From: Patellaria atrata CBS 101060
Lineage: Eukaryota
NCBI GenBank assembly: GCA_010093705.1
Contig: MU006110.1
Coordinates: forward strand, 1-64,000
Length of the DNA: 64,000 bases
Direction: 5' to 3'
Shown here piece after piece: positions 11,701 to 25,468 of this stretch. The notes below the pieces were generated by a model that was given only the letters and a program-made list of their open reading frames with translations, did no database searches and was not told the DNA's origin. Each line of letters begins with the position of its first letter. The first letter of the stretch is position 1. Both the position numbers and the translations under genes were made by a program.

Positions 11701-12012
11701 ATAAGAGCATCGGTAGTGTCATTGCTTGAAGGCGATGGGTCAGGAAAGGATTGGAAAGCTTTATCGGCTCTGAGGCCGTCCCCTATAAATCGCACGTCAG
11801 TACAGAGCGGCTGTTGAAGCAGAGGGTCTTAATGGTAGTATACCGACAAACAGTACCAATCTTCTAGCAGGGGCTTCCTTCTCATCAACACTGAACTCCC
11901 GCATTCCACTAACAATAGGGCTGACGAAGTAGATATCAAAAATCGAGTAACAGTACATCAAATGGAAAACTACTGCGATGGCTAAAAAGCCAAATCGCCC
12001 CAGTTGCGCCAT
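8743..12012 (-). CDS. MCD4: GPI ethanolamine phosphate transferase 1 (PIG-N)
   Basis: LVLFV(G)[65 protein letters not shown] and the PigN membrane region (FFSTGNIASVSSF, RDEGSWLDIG). Multi-exon. Confidence 0.97.
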
Positions 12013-12696
12013 GATGCGAAACTAAGATATTGTAATGAGTGGCACGTCGAGCACGACGTAGACTGGGAGATCAAGTTAGCAATTGTGATGGCATTATCAT
12101 GCGCTGAGAGATTAGAATCGCAGAGTAAACTTTCCTCCTGTACAATAGAGTGCCATCAGTGTATCGCATTCGCCAAGCACACAACTAATACCAAGTAAGT
12201 TAGAGCTCTAGTACATTACCTAACCTACCTTACCTATAAAGGTGCTTTATTCATACCTGACGATATAAGGTGAAGAGTTTCAACCTTCCAGGTCCTTTTT
12301 AAACCTCATTGACTCGCGGTTCTACATTGGAAAACCTACGAGCCCTCTATTTCCCCTGTACAGGTAATTTACTTACTCCTAGAATTTTCTCTGTCTCTGA
12401 ATAACTTTGAACTTCTAGTTTGACTTGAGGTTACAATGGCGACCTCCACGACCCGAGGAATATGATCCAAAGACCATCTCATAGATTGCCCAACGGAGCC
12501 ATAAGTCTTAATATTTGCCCAAAGCCCCCTAGAAATTTTATGATAGCGTCACCAAGTCTGTTTTCCCCTTTCCTCAAGCTTCCTAGTTGTTCATCTCCTT
12601 TCATGCAATTCTTTGCTCAAGGGGTGGTTCCAATCAATACCTTTACTTGTACTCTACCGTCAAATCTTATCAACTGCTCTCTCACTAAAATTCGAA

Positions 12697-14178
12697 ATGA
12701 TTGTTCCGGGAACGTCAGGGGACAACCATTCCGACATTATTATAATTGGTGCTGGACTCTCGGGCATCAATTGCGCATACCGCATTCAGTCCACGTTCCC
12801 CGATCTCAGATATAACGTGCTTGAGACTCGTTCCTCTATAGGGGGAACTTGGGATCTTTTCCGCTACCCTGGTATACGCTCCGACTCAGACTTGCATACC
12901 TTTGGGTTTCAATGGAACCCTTGGACAGAATCCCGTGCTATCGCAGATGGATCCTCTATTCTCTCTTACATTAAATTGTCTGCAGCCAAGTACGGTATTG
13001 ATAGGCATATCCGCCTCAATCATAGGGTTACCACAGCCGACTGGTCATCAGACCAGCAGATGTGGCGACTGAGTGTAGTTCACAATGGTGCAACACAGCA
13101 CTATTACTGCACCTTTCTCATATTCGGAACAGGTTATTACGATTATGACCAACCTCTACCGGCAGTGATTCCTAACCTTTCTTCATTCAACGGGACGGTC
13201 ATCAACCCTCAATTCTGGCCAACGGACTTTGATCATACCGGCAAGAAAATCGTCATTATCGGCTCCGGTGCCACGGCCGTAACCCTTCTCCCGAATTTAG
13301 CCACCAGGGCTGCCCATGTGACAATGTTGCAGCGAAGTCCATCTTACATATTATCTCTTCCTCAGCCACCAAATGGAGATTCTCTTCTCAAACTTCTGTT
13401 ACCTACACGCATGTACTTGCGTCTTCTTCGTCTGTTAGCGCTGCTCGTTTCATTTTTGTTTTTCCAGTTCTGTATATTGCTTCCCGGCGCGGCCAAGAAG
13501 GTTTTGAAAAATCATACCTTAAAACAGTTGCCTCACTCTGTACCTTTTGAACCTCACTTCAAGCCCGAATATAATCCTTGGGAGCAGCGCCTTTGTGTAA
13601 GCCGAGATGGCGACTTCTACCGGGCGCTTCGCTCGGGTTCCGCATCCATTTGCACTGGAATTATTGACTCCGTCCACGAAAAAGGAATCAAGTTGACTTC
13701 GGATGAAGACATCGCCGCAGACGTTATCATCACCGCTACAGGGCTTGATATCAGTCTATTCGGTAAAGTCACCATCTCTGTCGACAATAACATCGTCGAT
13801 CCGTCACGCTCACACCTTTGGCACACTACTCTGCTGACCGAGATACCTAACCTCGCGTTCATGATTGGATATACAAACACATCATGGACCCTCGGAGCGG
13901 ATGCGTCTCAACTCCTGCTCAACCGCATTTTAAGGCACATGATACAGAAAGGGTATGCTGTGGCAACTCCGAAGTTGAGAAAACAGGACAAAGGAATGGC
14001 AGATACAAGCGCTTTCGGACTAAGTAGTACTTATTTGCAACGAGCTCAAGAGAGAATCCCCAAAGCGGGCAGCAAGGGCCCTTGGAAAAGGCGCCAAAAC
14101 TACTTTTCAGATTTGTGGGGCAGTTGGTGGTGGAGTGTAGACGATGGCATAGAATATATGGAGTCGAAGAAAGGTTAG
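12697..14178 (+). CDS. FAD-dependent Baeyer-Villiger monooxygenase, EthA-like (intronless)
   Basis: IIGAGLSG, GGTWDLFRYPGIRSDSD, FNGTVINPQFWP, IIGSGATAVT, MLQRSPSY, PWEQRLC, ITATGL, GYTNTSWTLGAD. Confidence 0.92.
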   Translation: MIVPGTSGDNHSDIIIIGAGLSGINCAYRIQSTFPDLRYNVLETRSSIGGTWDLFRYPGIRSDSDLHTFGFQWNPWTESRAIADGSSILSYIKLSAAKYGIDRHIRLNHRVTTADWSSDQQMWRLSVVHNGATQHYYCTFLIFGTGYYDYDQPLPAVIPNLSSFNGTVINPQFWPTDFDHTGKKIVIIGSGATAVTLLPNLATRAAHVTMLQRSPSYILSLPQPPNGDSLLKLLLPTRMYLRLLRLLALLVSFLFFQFCILLPGAAKKVLKNHTLKQLPHSVPFEPHFKPEYNPWEQRLCVSRDGDFYRALRSGSASICTGIIDSVHEKGIKLTSDEDIAADVIITATGLDISLFGKVTISVDNNIVDPSRSHLWHTTLLTEIPNLAFMIGYTNTSWTLGADASQLLLNRILRHMIQKGYAVATPKLRKQDKGMADTSAFGLSSTYLQRAQERIPKAGSKGPWKRRQNYFSDLWGSWWWSVDDGIEYMESKKG

Positions 14179-14369
14179 TGAAGCCCCATGTAATCTTGCG
14201 ACTTCTAGTTCAGAGCGTGGTGTTTTTACTCATCTAGAATAAAAGGCTATCGGATGGACATCCGACGGTGGGTATAACAATATCATTTGGAATTAGAAGA
14301 AGCGGAAATATAGAGGTTATGCTTTGAGTTTGTTACATATCTGCGCATCACGCCTTAAATGCATCAAGA

Positions 14370-15624
14370 CTACAGTTTGGATCTCCCACCACCGACGATA
14401 TATCCGTTCCCTTTATTTAGCCAAGCTACAGCATCCCCTACCATTTCATCTACGATTGCTTTTGCGCTCTTCTTTTCATTCACAACGGCGGCGGCTTTAC
14501 CCATGAGGAATGGACGTGCATTATCCATCGTATCATCATCGATATCGTCTCCCATGGTCTCGAGATCATGTTCGACAGGTATCTTTCCTTTAGAAGTCAG
14601 CTCCTTGATTTCAGCTTGGCGGTTCTCTTCCCAGTTTTCGATATAGGGGTTTCGTCTAACACGTAGGGGGCGGCCCTATTATGAGTTATTGTTAGTATGA
14701 GCGCGGCAATTAATACGTATAACGTTGAGTCCTACCGTGAAGATAATCGTACGAACATTATCGTCAAACCCACTGGTTCTTACAGCCTCTTGGTGTGCCT
14801 TCGGTGCTCCAGCCTCTTCCGAGAGGATAAACCTCGTCCCTACCCAGACGGCACCGGCACCCAACATCAATGCCGCCGCTAGACTCTGTCCATTGAACAA
14901 GCCTCCGGCTGCAATAACTTGAACCTGTGCGCCCGTCATCGGGCTCTTCTTCCCTTCAACCATCTTTACAACGGTGGGGATGAGGACCGTCGTGGGGACG
15001 TCTCCTGTATGACCGCCACCTTCGCCTCCCTGCGCACAGATGATATCCACGCCGACGTCAAGACATTTCTGTACATGCTTAGGGTGTCCGATCATATTCA
15101 TGTAAAGAATACCTGCTTTGTGCAAGCGGTCTACAACAGCCTTCGGGGGCACGCCGACGGCGGAGACGAAGAGTTTGGCCCCAGAGTCGATAATGATCTC
15201 GATCAGCTCATTTAGTTTTCCTTTAGTATAGTCGTAACTATGAATGTGTTAGCGGCTGTCATCTAGGCCCTAGAGGAATAGATCTATTTACTTTGTTTTC
15301 CGCGCGCTACCTCCGACCTGTGGTAACAACAGATCGACTCCAAACGGCGCATTCTTATCTTTTAAGAAGCCTTTGAGCTCTGCTATTTGTTCTCGAAGCA
15401 TGTCAGGTGTATAACCTACTCCACCGATGACACCCAACCCGCCTGCATTGGTAACAGCTGCTGCCAGTTTGGGGCCAGCAGCGACGTTCATACCAGCTAG
15501 CAGAACAGGATGGTTGATCTTGAGGAGATCGGTTACGGTAGTTCTAAGCTGTTCTATAACAGCAGTGGTCAACTCTTGAGCTATACACGCATGTGACAGG
15601 GGAGGCCATACGAGTAGAGGCCAT
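14370..15624 (-). CDS. Nitronate monooxygenase (2-nitropropane dioxygenase) family protein with C-terminal PTS1
   Basis: HPVLLAGMNVAAGPKLAAAVTNAGGLG, CAQGGEGGGHTG, VIAAGG, LGAGAVWVGTRF. Ends GRSKL*. Multi-exon. Confidence 0.93.
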
Positions 15625-16180
15625 GATGACGGACGTGGGCAAAATATGTACGTGTCTAGGTTATGATTAGAGGGCAGCGAAGCAGTTAGTAGCTAAAGAG
15701 ACAAAGAGCAGTTTAAAGAAGTTCGATGAATGTAAAGGTAAGATAGACAAGCAGGGAGATAAAATGGTCTACATCAATGATATACCGCGGCTTCTCGTCC
15801 TTGAACTTTGTCACGCGTAAATAAACTATGACAGTTTGCTTGTTCCGCCACTTACTATTACAAAACAGAACCTAAGTGGCTACCGGTTGCGCCGAGACAA
15901 AGCTTCAAGAAGCCGAGGTACAACTTACAACTACGTCAACCCCAGATATAACAAACACTGCAAACTTCACAAGTAACCCCTTTTGCCCCTGAACAATCTT
16001 AGCAAAGGACGTCAGGTGTGATAACAGACTCGACGTTGGAAGTCACAACCCGAGCTTGAGATGGATCCTGGCTGCGCCGGTACTCTCCTGTACTGTACTT
16101 TATCAATACAATTACTACCCGCTACTGGTTATCACGAACGATTCGAGAGAGAGAAACGCACTATCTAGTTTCATTCGGTA

Positions 16181-18552
16181 TCAAACAGCCTCATCACTAT
16201 TTACTGCCTCATATCTCATACCTGCATCGCCTCTCCTTCTTCTTACCTGACGCGGCGGTGGTTCATACAGTCTTGTGTAGTTCACACTTTCACCCCCGAT
16301 CATGGCGGATCCATTCTCCCGTGCTTTGAAGATCGGAGAAGGATCGCACCAGAAATCCCGACAGTTACCGATAATACCTCTCGTGTACGGGTTACCACGC
16401 TGTCTTGCTTGAACAGCGGCAGTATTAGATCCATGAATAGCAGTAGCCATGAATGTGTCAAGACCAAGCAATCTTTTCCAGATCTCCCAGCCATTCGGCT
16501 TTTTGTGAACCGCCGTGCCTCCTGCATTCGGACCTGCGCCAGAACCAGTGAGCTGACCGCCCTCTGCAGATGACGAACCGGTAGTTACGAAGGACGTTAC
16601 CGTGTCTGCGAATCGATGGTCATGGGTATGGCCGCGCATAACTTCGAAGGTTGTGATTGCCCTAGCAATTTGCAGTAGTTGGACTATAAGGAGTATTGTG
16701 ACCCAGACTAACTGAAGACTTGCCCACAATGCTAAGACGAGAGTAAACGGATCTTTACTAACGGCTGCACACAGTTCGGGTGAGAGAATATTGCAAGTTA
16801 CGTCTTTAGATGAGGGGTATTGTTCAAGGTCTAGGAGCAGTCAGTTACGCGTAAGGATAACAGAAGGTGGCTTCGCACATGAGAGTACCAGCCTAACGAA
16901 TAGTAAAATTCCGATTTCCATGGACAGAATGTACAGCAGAAAATGCCTATGGTTATTAACAGCCACACAATTGTTAACCCAAGGGCAATGACTATCAAAT
17001 CATCAGTACTGCTTGTAACAAAGTCGAATTTCACATACTGGTCTTCCTTTGCAACGCACCGATTGCATCTCTTGCAATGCTTGCTCCTTACTGGTCTCCT
17101 TACCATACAATGAGAACAGAAGTTTTGCTCGTCAAATTTCCTTGTTTCAATTAATTCATCGATAACCACTTTCTGTGAAGTGCGGCTTCCCATCTTTGGG
17201 ACATAACCAGGATCCAGCATCATGGTTTGAACGTAAAAAAAGGTACATAGTGCGTAACAAGTCAGGAAAACCATATTCAATACGGGGTTTGAACCTAGTG
17301 TTCCTGTAGTTCATTAGCGGGTACTCGTGGCGTCCTGATTGTGAGCATACCCGGTAGTATATGAGAGAAGTACCTTACACCAACCCAAAACAGAGTACCA
17401 GCAAATATTCCAGCAAGAAAGGGCTAGAATAGCCCTGTAAGTTCTTGGAATTCCATAGAGATTATAGCACATACCGTCTTGTGTATCGTTTTCATATCAG
17501 ACGGAGCCCATCTCAGTGTTAGTTGTGCAACCCATTGCAAACTCCATCCCACAAAAATCGTAATTGGAACGGCCGCATAGATCACCATATGGCTAAGAAT
17601 ATAAACAGTGGATATGATGATTACGAATGGCCAAGCGAAAAAAAACCGGGATAAAAATAGTCTTTTGTCGTTGACCAACGAAGAAAGGGGAAACTCTCTG
17701 GGAGTGCCGTCAGAGTTGTATCCTGCATCATGTAACGCTCGATGCCACTGACGAACCGAATTCATTTCCTGTGCACAAACCGCCGGAGTGTTGCCCTCAT
17801 TATTTTCTGCAAACCTATCGGAACCATATTCGAGCAATTTTTGGATAACGGGCTGTGATCCTCGCACAAGTGCCCAATGCAATGCAGTAAAGCCTTGTTC
17901 GTCTCTAGCGTAGACATTCGCCCCCCATCGAAGAAAGAGGTCTACGCATGCAGGAAACCCATTATATGACGCCCACATCAAGCTCGTGTGTCCTTGTGCA
18001 TCCTGTATATCTACGGGGATGTCTTGGTGTAAAAGTAGAATCAACTGGAAGACGTTCCCGTCAAGTGTGGCCGAATGGAGAAGGTTGAAACCAGAGTCGT
18101 CAGTCATGAGGGGATCGGCACCGTGCTGGAGAAGTAGGTTTACAATGTATATATTGCATCGCTTCGCAGCCCAGAGTACGGGAGTGGCCATGGCATCTCC
18201 ACCCTTTGCGTTAACTGGAGCTCCAGATTGGATTAGGAAATGGGACAACGCGTAATGATTGTTAATAGCTGCCCACTACATTTGAAGAGTCAATATTATA
18301 GTTAAGACTCGAGGGGACTATTCTTACATGAAGAGGTGTGATGCCCTGCTCATCCCTATATGATGCATCGAACTTCTTAGAGTTGAATAGCTTCTGTATG
18401 GCCGCGATCTCTCCTAATCGCGAAAGCTGCATGATATCCTCTTCGATGGGGAACCTCCGCGACGAAGGAGAAATTTCATCTAGTTCAACAGTTTGAGCGG
18501 AAGGTGCAGTAGTTCCATTTGCGGTCTTCGAGGTCGGAGGTGAAGCCGACAT
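16181..18552 (-). CDS. AKR1: Ankyrin-repeat DHHC palmitoyltransferase Akr1
   Basis: Ankyrin repeats ([31 protein letters not shown]), TM segments, and [26 protein letters not shown] with the DHHC motif split by an intron. Confidence 0.95.
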
Positions 18553-19055
18553 GTTCGACCTTAAGATATTCGCTATATGCAATGGTCCAGATGGATTAAG
18601 AGGCACTTAATTACGATCATTTCGAAGAAAAAGGTACAACACTTGGAAGAGATCTGCCATCCAACCTTGAAGAAAATACTATCAGTTATCAAGCATTGGT
18701 TTAGTTGGAGTAATCTCACCCCGACCTCCTCCGCTGTCACCTCAAGGCGCATCCCGTTTCGGCTGACGTAAGGCACCACGCGCGTCGGGTAAACTACCGA
18801 ATGCTTATTAAGTTACTCCATATGCCATTAAAAATCATTTTGCCAAAGTTTACGTGGTATAAGTTCAAGCGGCATTATTTCACGTTGATTAGTTCGGTTC
18901 ATCTGCATGGTTTTGTTCACATAGACAATTGAACTCGCAAGAGCCAGATTTCATACCCCGAGCTTGCCTTTCAGCTTCGTTCTACCAAGACAAATATCTC
19001 ACAATAGAAGACCAACTCCCATCATTATGCATATCCCATCATCCGTATCCATAAT

Positions 19056-20056
19056 TCAAGTAGACTTCCTTGCAAACTCAACCCGTAAAATTAAATGTCC
19101 AAAGCCGTCTGTCAAGTCGATAAGCATGGGTTTGATGAGCAGGTTGATACTACACTTACAGCCATCCATTTTCTCACAAGCTTTGGCAGCGTCTGCCCTA
19201 TCAGCGAAACTAACAAATGCAAAACCCTTCGCCCGTTGAGTTTCACGATCCTTCGCTAAGAACACTCTTGTGACATGCCCAAATCTTGAGAACATGTCCC
19301 GAAGGTCGCCTTCCTCGGCAAATTCGCTGACCTAAAAGATCCCTTCAGCATAATCACTCAAGATGAAATGATATTGGGTCTCACATTTGTAACTCTCAGT
19401 GTAGCAAGATCATCCCGTTCATATTTGCCACCCATCCTCTCCCCAGACCCGGCACCGCCCTTTCTCAGATGGGGAGGGACGTAACTCGATCCACCGGCTC
19501 CAAGCCCCCCAGCAGGCTCTGCATCGTCCAACCCTAAGTCTGCTGGAGTATCTGCTCCCTCGGGAGCCATGGTATCCTTGAAAGGGCACTTCGTTGTCCA
19601 GTGATCACCACTGCAGATACGACACTTGATCTTTGCATCTTTCACGGCTGCCTTTTTCTTCTCATGTTCACTCTTGTCATCCGCCGAGGCCTTCCAGTTC
19701 GCCATAGGTCTGAACACTATATTTTCTGCAACACTGGTGGTGTCGGTTTGGGGACCAGCAGCCTTGCCTTTCTCGTTGCCGAATTTGGCCCATTGTTTTC
19801 GTTCGGCAACTCGCGGGTTTACGACCTGTTTGATGACCGTCTTCTTGATGCGCCGTGTAGTTTTGACCTTCTTCCCGTCCTCTCGAATGTGGTAGGTGAC
19901 TATGGTTTCTGTACCATCTTTGTTTTTGGTGATTTGGGGTGGTGGGATACCGATATCCTCATCTTCCTCCTCGGCCCAGTCTGTTCTTCTGTATAGAGTG
20001 TGAGTATGAACAAATCTGCGGAAGAAAGTCAGAGCTTACCCTGCAACTTTGGACAT
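19056..20056 (-). CDS. TIF35: Translation initiation factor eIF3 subunit g
   Basis: [20 protein letters not shown], zinc knuckle [26 protein letters not shown] ([28 protein letters not shown]). Confidence 0.96.
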
Positions 20057-20669
20057 ATTTCAGGTACTGTGTTGAGATATTCGAGGTTACTTTTATTGCA
20101 CCTCACCGTGGTGGGATTAGAAAATATTCAAGGGCATATAGTTCTAAATCGCCGCATGCCTTGGCGCCAATTTTGTGGTCAATCCCCACTGTGGATAGTT
20201 CCGCTAGAACTTCTGGCTTCACTCTTGATCTTTACCTTCCTCCTCTTTTTACTTTTTGTATTGTCCCATCAGACGGCGAGAAATAGCATTTCCTTATAGA
20301 GTTTACGTATCATATGCAGAATTTTACCTTTCTTTGGGCGGCTTCTCCAGCTCTCCCTCATCAGAAAGAAACGAGGGGGAAACCATGTATACGTAAGCCG
20401 TCATGGGAAAATTCCACTCAAACCCACTCAAGTTGCCCTCTTGAGCTATCTCTTCATGCATGGAACCCGTTACTTATTACTAGGTCCCATGTTCGCATCA
20501 AAGAAAATTCAGGCAGCAACTTTCTATATCTTTTTCTCTTTTAATGCATCTATCAATTGAAATGGTCTTGATCTTAATCTCATCCCTCAAAACTGGTGTG
20601 AAGTTACAAAACGTTCCAGATACTTTTGTTTGAAATTCCCACGAAGCGTCCTAGTAACTGTCTCCGATC

Positions 20670-21177
20670 ATGTCAGCAATTAACAAGTCTCTACTAGCTC
20701 CCGTTGTTGGCCTAAACCTATGGACCTTCGCCATGGAAGCTTGGATGTATGGGACTCGGGTTCCAGCCATATCGCGATACAACGTCAAGATCGATAGTAA
20801 CGCGACCAGTAAGCTGATAGTCTCCTATAAAGGCTCATATCTGTTGTTATAATCTGCTAAAATCCGTAACAGAGGCGCAATTCGACGCCCAGTTGCCAGG
20901 TTTTGTTCGCTGGAAGGCGGACAATTATAATCATCTTTTGGAACAGCCGACACAGTTCTACGCTATCATGGTCACCCTCGCCGTACTTTCGGCCGGTGAC
21001 AAGCGTGTTGACCTTCGAATGGAAGCCAAACTAGCTTGGGTTTACGTCGGTTTACGGATCATCCACAGCTTGATCCAGTCCTTGGGAAACACTATCTGGC
21101 GAAGATTTTGTGTCTTTCTAGCGTCGAGTGGTGTGCTTCTTATTCTAACAATCCGGACTGCGATGCTTGTCTTCTAG
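20670..21177 (+). CDS. MAPEG-family membrane protein (2 exons)
   Basis: LLAPVVGLNLWTFAMEAWMYGTRVP..VRWKADNYNHLLEQPTQFY..AWVYVGLRIIHSLIQ. Confidence 0.85.
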
Positions 21178-21534
21178 CCATCTTACAGAAGATGAATTTA
21201 GAGAATGATCCGTGTATACGTTATGGAACTTTGGTCAGGAGCATGTGGAGTTCCTGAACCCCTGGTACAAAATACAACTACAAAGCTTGAGCTTTCGTTC
21301 AAGACAAGGACGGGCTTCGTAGGTCTAGATTTAGTCTGCTTTTGAAAAACGATGTCGATGTTTTCTTCGAATATTGAATCAACAAACTTTGATATTAAAC
21401 GCATAACCCCTATAAGAGCGGGTATTTAGAACAGTCCATTTCGACAAATGTACAAAGTAAAAATGATGAGCCACCACTCTCCAGTTCCGTGCAGAATTCT
21501 ACATATGAGTAGTTAATATCCTATCCGGGACCTA

Positions 21535-22710
21535 TCAGCTTGCTCCCGCCGCAACAGCGACCACGGGCTTAATCTCACTATTAAAACCCGGTCTTTCAGA
21601 CCCAACCGGATTCTCTCCCCACGCGAAGCTTCCTCCATCATGTACCGTCGTCCGTCGCAAATCTCGCCTATACTTACCCTCAAAGGTGCCTCCAGCTGCG
21701 CGATGCAGGACACATCTGTTGTCCCAGATTACGAGATCGCCTGGTTGGTTCCAGGGAACCGTGAATACGTATTTAGCTTGCGTGGTATGCTCTAACAAAC
21801 GCTTGATCATTGCGGACGATTCGGCTTCGGGAAGCCCCTCGAGGTGATGTGTGTGGGCTGCCACATATATGTTCATCCTGCCGCTCTCTTCGTGCTGCTG
21901 GATTAGTTTATGTTTGGACATTGGGAACGCAGTGGGATCGAGATCCTTGAAGAATTCGGGTGATCCGAGCTTGCGGCTATGTGCGATTGAATGAGCGGCA
22001 ACGTAGTCGTTCTCGAGAAGTTCGGTTTTCAGGGGCTCGGGAAGCTCTTCAAAAGCCGTGCGTGAGTCGGCAAACTCGGTGTTACCGCCCGTTTCCGGGG
22101 GAGGTATCTCCACTGCGCGAAGGATAGAATATGACGCTCGACGAGGGTTGAACGACGAATCCACATGGAAGATGGTATTACCCTATCAATCATATCTTCG
22201 TTAGATCTACGGTCTAAAGCTCAAGGGTGACAGGCAATTGACACGTACTCGATTTGCGTGGGAACGATGATGATTGCGATCAAGTATCTTGTTCTCAGGA
22301 TCCAGATTACCGGCGTCGAAAAGTTCAACATAATCATATCTTGGCTTACGACCGCCAACCAAGTACGGCTTTATGTCATCCAGCTCACCAAATCGCCTAG
22401 AGAATTCGACGTGGGACTTGTCATCAAGTCCTGTGTTGCGAAATACGCAGACGCCGTACTATAAGTCTCAACAGTTAGCCCCAGCTTTAACCGATTCAGC
22501 AAAACAACGATGAACAACTGGACGCAAAAGGGATTTATGCACAGATATGACAGGGTTAGCACTGACCTTTGCCAACGCCTTCAAGATTTCCTCAAACTGT
22601 TCATCCGAGATGTGTTCGAAGTCGATTCCTCGTACTTCAGCCCCGAATGTAGGGTGTAATTCGTTGACCGTTAAGGTCTTGAATTCCGGCTCGGTCACTA
22701 ATCCAGGCAT
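21535..22710 (-). CDS. Fe(II)/2-oxoglutarate dioxygenase, TfdA/TauD family
   Basis: LHPTFGAEVRGID, FHVDSSFNPRRASYS (HxD), GGNTEFAD, WNQPGDLVIWDNRCVLHRA, RDLRRTTV. Three exons. Confidence 0.93.
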
Positions 22711-23836
22711 GATTCAATTGGGAAATTTGTCAAGTTCACAGAATTTTCGTTCATAGAAGAGGTATCAATATGCCACTGTCAACGTTGGTGGCTGAGAAGA
22801 ACGTGCGAGCTAACGGTACAGGACGATGAGACTCATAGTATCGGCTGAACGCTTCGCTATATCATATACTGACTTTCAGAATGCGGGGTAACAAGGATCA
22901 GAACGAATTCCCTATCAACCAGTTCTAGGTCTTCAAGCAGTTGTATATTTGGATCTACCAAGACGTAGCCTAGTTACTGGGAAGCCGTTGGGTGAAAGCG
23001 TGATCCATGAAGCCTTCTGAGCTCTTGACGGGGCGACGGTCTAAAGTTATGTAAGCATGCATCAAGTGGATCTAATAAAACTATAGTATATGAATCTATT
23101 CCTTAACTGAGTATCTCTTCTGATGTTATACTATGTTTATGCGATCCGCAGGAACGATGAAATAGTTGTCGATGGACTACAAAAACATACAGTGCCCAAC
23201 GATGGTATTTAGGCCGACCAAGCCCTATGGATTGGCATGAACACATCGTCTATGAAGTGTCTCCTAGTCGAAGCTAGAGATATCCAGCAACAGTCGTTCC
23301 ATGAAGTATCATTTACCCATAAGTAGCCGCATAGAAAGAGCGGATCCGAGACCCCAGGAAAGGAATGCCTCCATGGCCCAAGGTCGCAATAGGAGTAAAG
23401 GTAGGGACGGGGATAATAGTGTTATGTCAAAAAAAATATCCATAAGTATAGAGCGCGGCATATGTCCCTTTTGTTTATTATTAACAGTCTGTTCGGTAGT
23501 TATATTCGAGCGCTCAGACCATGAAGTTGGCCTTTAACTGGTCCGCTTCGCTAGATGACACGATGTACACTCTAAGTACCCAGATACTAATACTACACTG
23601 ATCTTTTTCGACTCTTAGAACGCCCATTAGCATTAAGGTCATTATTTCGTTTATAAATGCATCAGTGTCGTCTCTAAACCATCAGGACGGATATTAACCT
23701 TCAAATCCCCACACCCGTTCTGAAAGCGGGAAGCTGCATTCCCATCTTATAGGTGGCGGGGAAACATAGCCATATGGCCCACGGCATCCAATTGAAAATT
23801 CTAGAGTCGCTATTGAGCCAAAGGTATGACAATATC

Positions 23837-25468
23837 TCAATTGAAGCCGGAATTGCTCCCTGTACCTCCTCCCCCAAGGCCAGGATCACCGAAAGGATAT
23901 CCTGGGGGGCTTTGATACTGAGCGGCACTGGTTGATCCGGAATGGTAACCTTCACTGCTCTCAGGCACATTTTCTGGAGCCCATACCGCGAACTCTTTAG
24001 GTTGAGATTCTCCAGATGGTTTGCCTCTTGAATATTGAGCAAGGCTACCATTGATGCCGGTCAAAGCCCACGCAAAGACGGCTACATCGCGAATACTATT
24101 CATAAAATCATCCCTGGATGGACCGCCGAAGTATTGAGGTTGATTTTGGTATGCCATATTCACAGGTTGACCGAATGCGGCACCAAATCCAAAAGCGGCA
24201 CCATAAGCCGCCGGGGGTTGTGGCAAAGCAGGGAGGAACATTGGCTCCGGAGCCCAGGGTGCCGCAAACATACCATTTGCGAGCTGTGCTGGCTGAACGG
24301 GAGGTTGCGCCGAGATCGGGATCATGGGCCGGGCACGACGAAGAATCACAACAAGTCCGTCCGAAGTGCAAGATACAACAGCCTCAAGTTCGACTGGACC
24401 ACCGGCTTGTTCGTTACGGTTACCTGTTTCAGTAGAGTCTGTGGTGCTTCTACTACCCGTGTTCCTGGAAGAGTTGGAGGTACGGTCGCGCCCAGAGGAA
24501 GGTTCAGATGATGTTGGATTTCGTACCTGGCGCCTAGTGGAAAGCTCACCGGTGTCTCGTGAGATACCTTCCTGGAGATCATCATCCGATGCACGGTGAT
24601 CGGTCATTTCCGCATCTGTATCTTGTTCTCCTTCCGTTTCCGTCCCCGTCTCATCCGAGCTCTCATGTGCATCGTCTTGACGCGGATCACGGAACCAGAA
24701 ACGAAGATAGGCTATGGAGTCATTGCCTTTTGCCGATTCCAAGCACCGTACGGCATCTTCGAGGCAATTCTCTTGGATACAATAGTAGAAGCTTCGGCCT
24801 TTCATCGCCTCCCCGGATATGCCTAAGATTTGCTCAACGCCACTGGTGGCGTACATAATGGTCAGAGTGCGAGTGAAACGGTTTAGGAAGAGAGCTGCAC
24901 GAGGTTCGTGGCTCTGTTCTAGTGGAGTTTGCTTGAATTTGTTCGATAGGTGAGACAGCATATGATAACGAGGATCCTTAGGCGAGGATGAGAACAATCG
25001 GCGCACAATTGGCGCTTCGACCGCCCGTTCTGTACAGATCAGCAAAAAAAAAAAACCGTATTAGGATTGACTTGAGACTTCTCACTCTGGCTTGACATCC
25101 CACGACGGTAGATGCTGGTACAAACTACCATCACATCGTACACTACCGTAAAGCAGCACTCGCAACCAACCCATTGCCCATCACGGTTCCTGATCTGGCA
25201 ATAAGCAAGGACTGCGGCCTTGTCTAGTTTGACACCACGACTATGGAATTCTCGAGCAAGAGGGATTTCGTCTGGGTGGAAGAATTCCCAACAAGACTTG
25301 TTCACCACCTCGTCGGGCGTATGACCAAGAATATCGACAATTGAATCGGAAGAATAGAGAATCCGAGCGTCTTGAGAGAGATCTGAAGGGCCGGATTAGC
25401 GTAATGAATCATTCGACGAAGAACATATGCCACTCGTTACCATGAATGGTGATGAAGGTAGTCTCCAT
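23837..25468 (-). CDS. Fungal two-PAS-domain protein
   Basis: METTFITIH/DLSQDARILYSSDSIVDILGHTPDEVVNKSCWEFFHPDE..WVGCECCFTVVYD; second PAS EPRAALFLNRFTRTLTIMYAT..GRSFYYCI; ELEAVVSCTSDGLVVILRRA. Confidence 0.88.

Noticed and set aside
12697..22710. A secondary-metabolite or xenobiotic cluster (BVMO, NMO, TfdA-like)
   Set aside because: No backbone enzyme, transporter or adjacent regulator, and the stretch is interrupted by AKR1 and eIF3g.
24035..24858. Long antisense and alternate-frame ORFs (also 47233-47586, 48711-49271, 49821-50318)
   Set aside because: They are shadows of low-complexity sense-strand genes and show no recognisable motifs.
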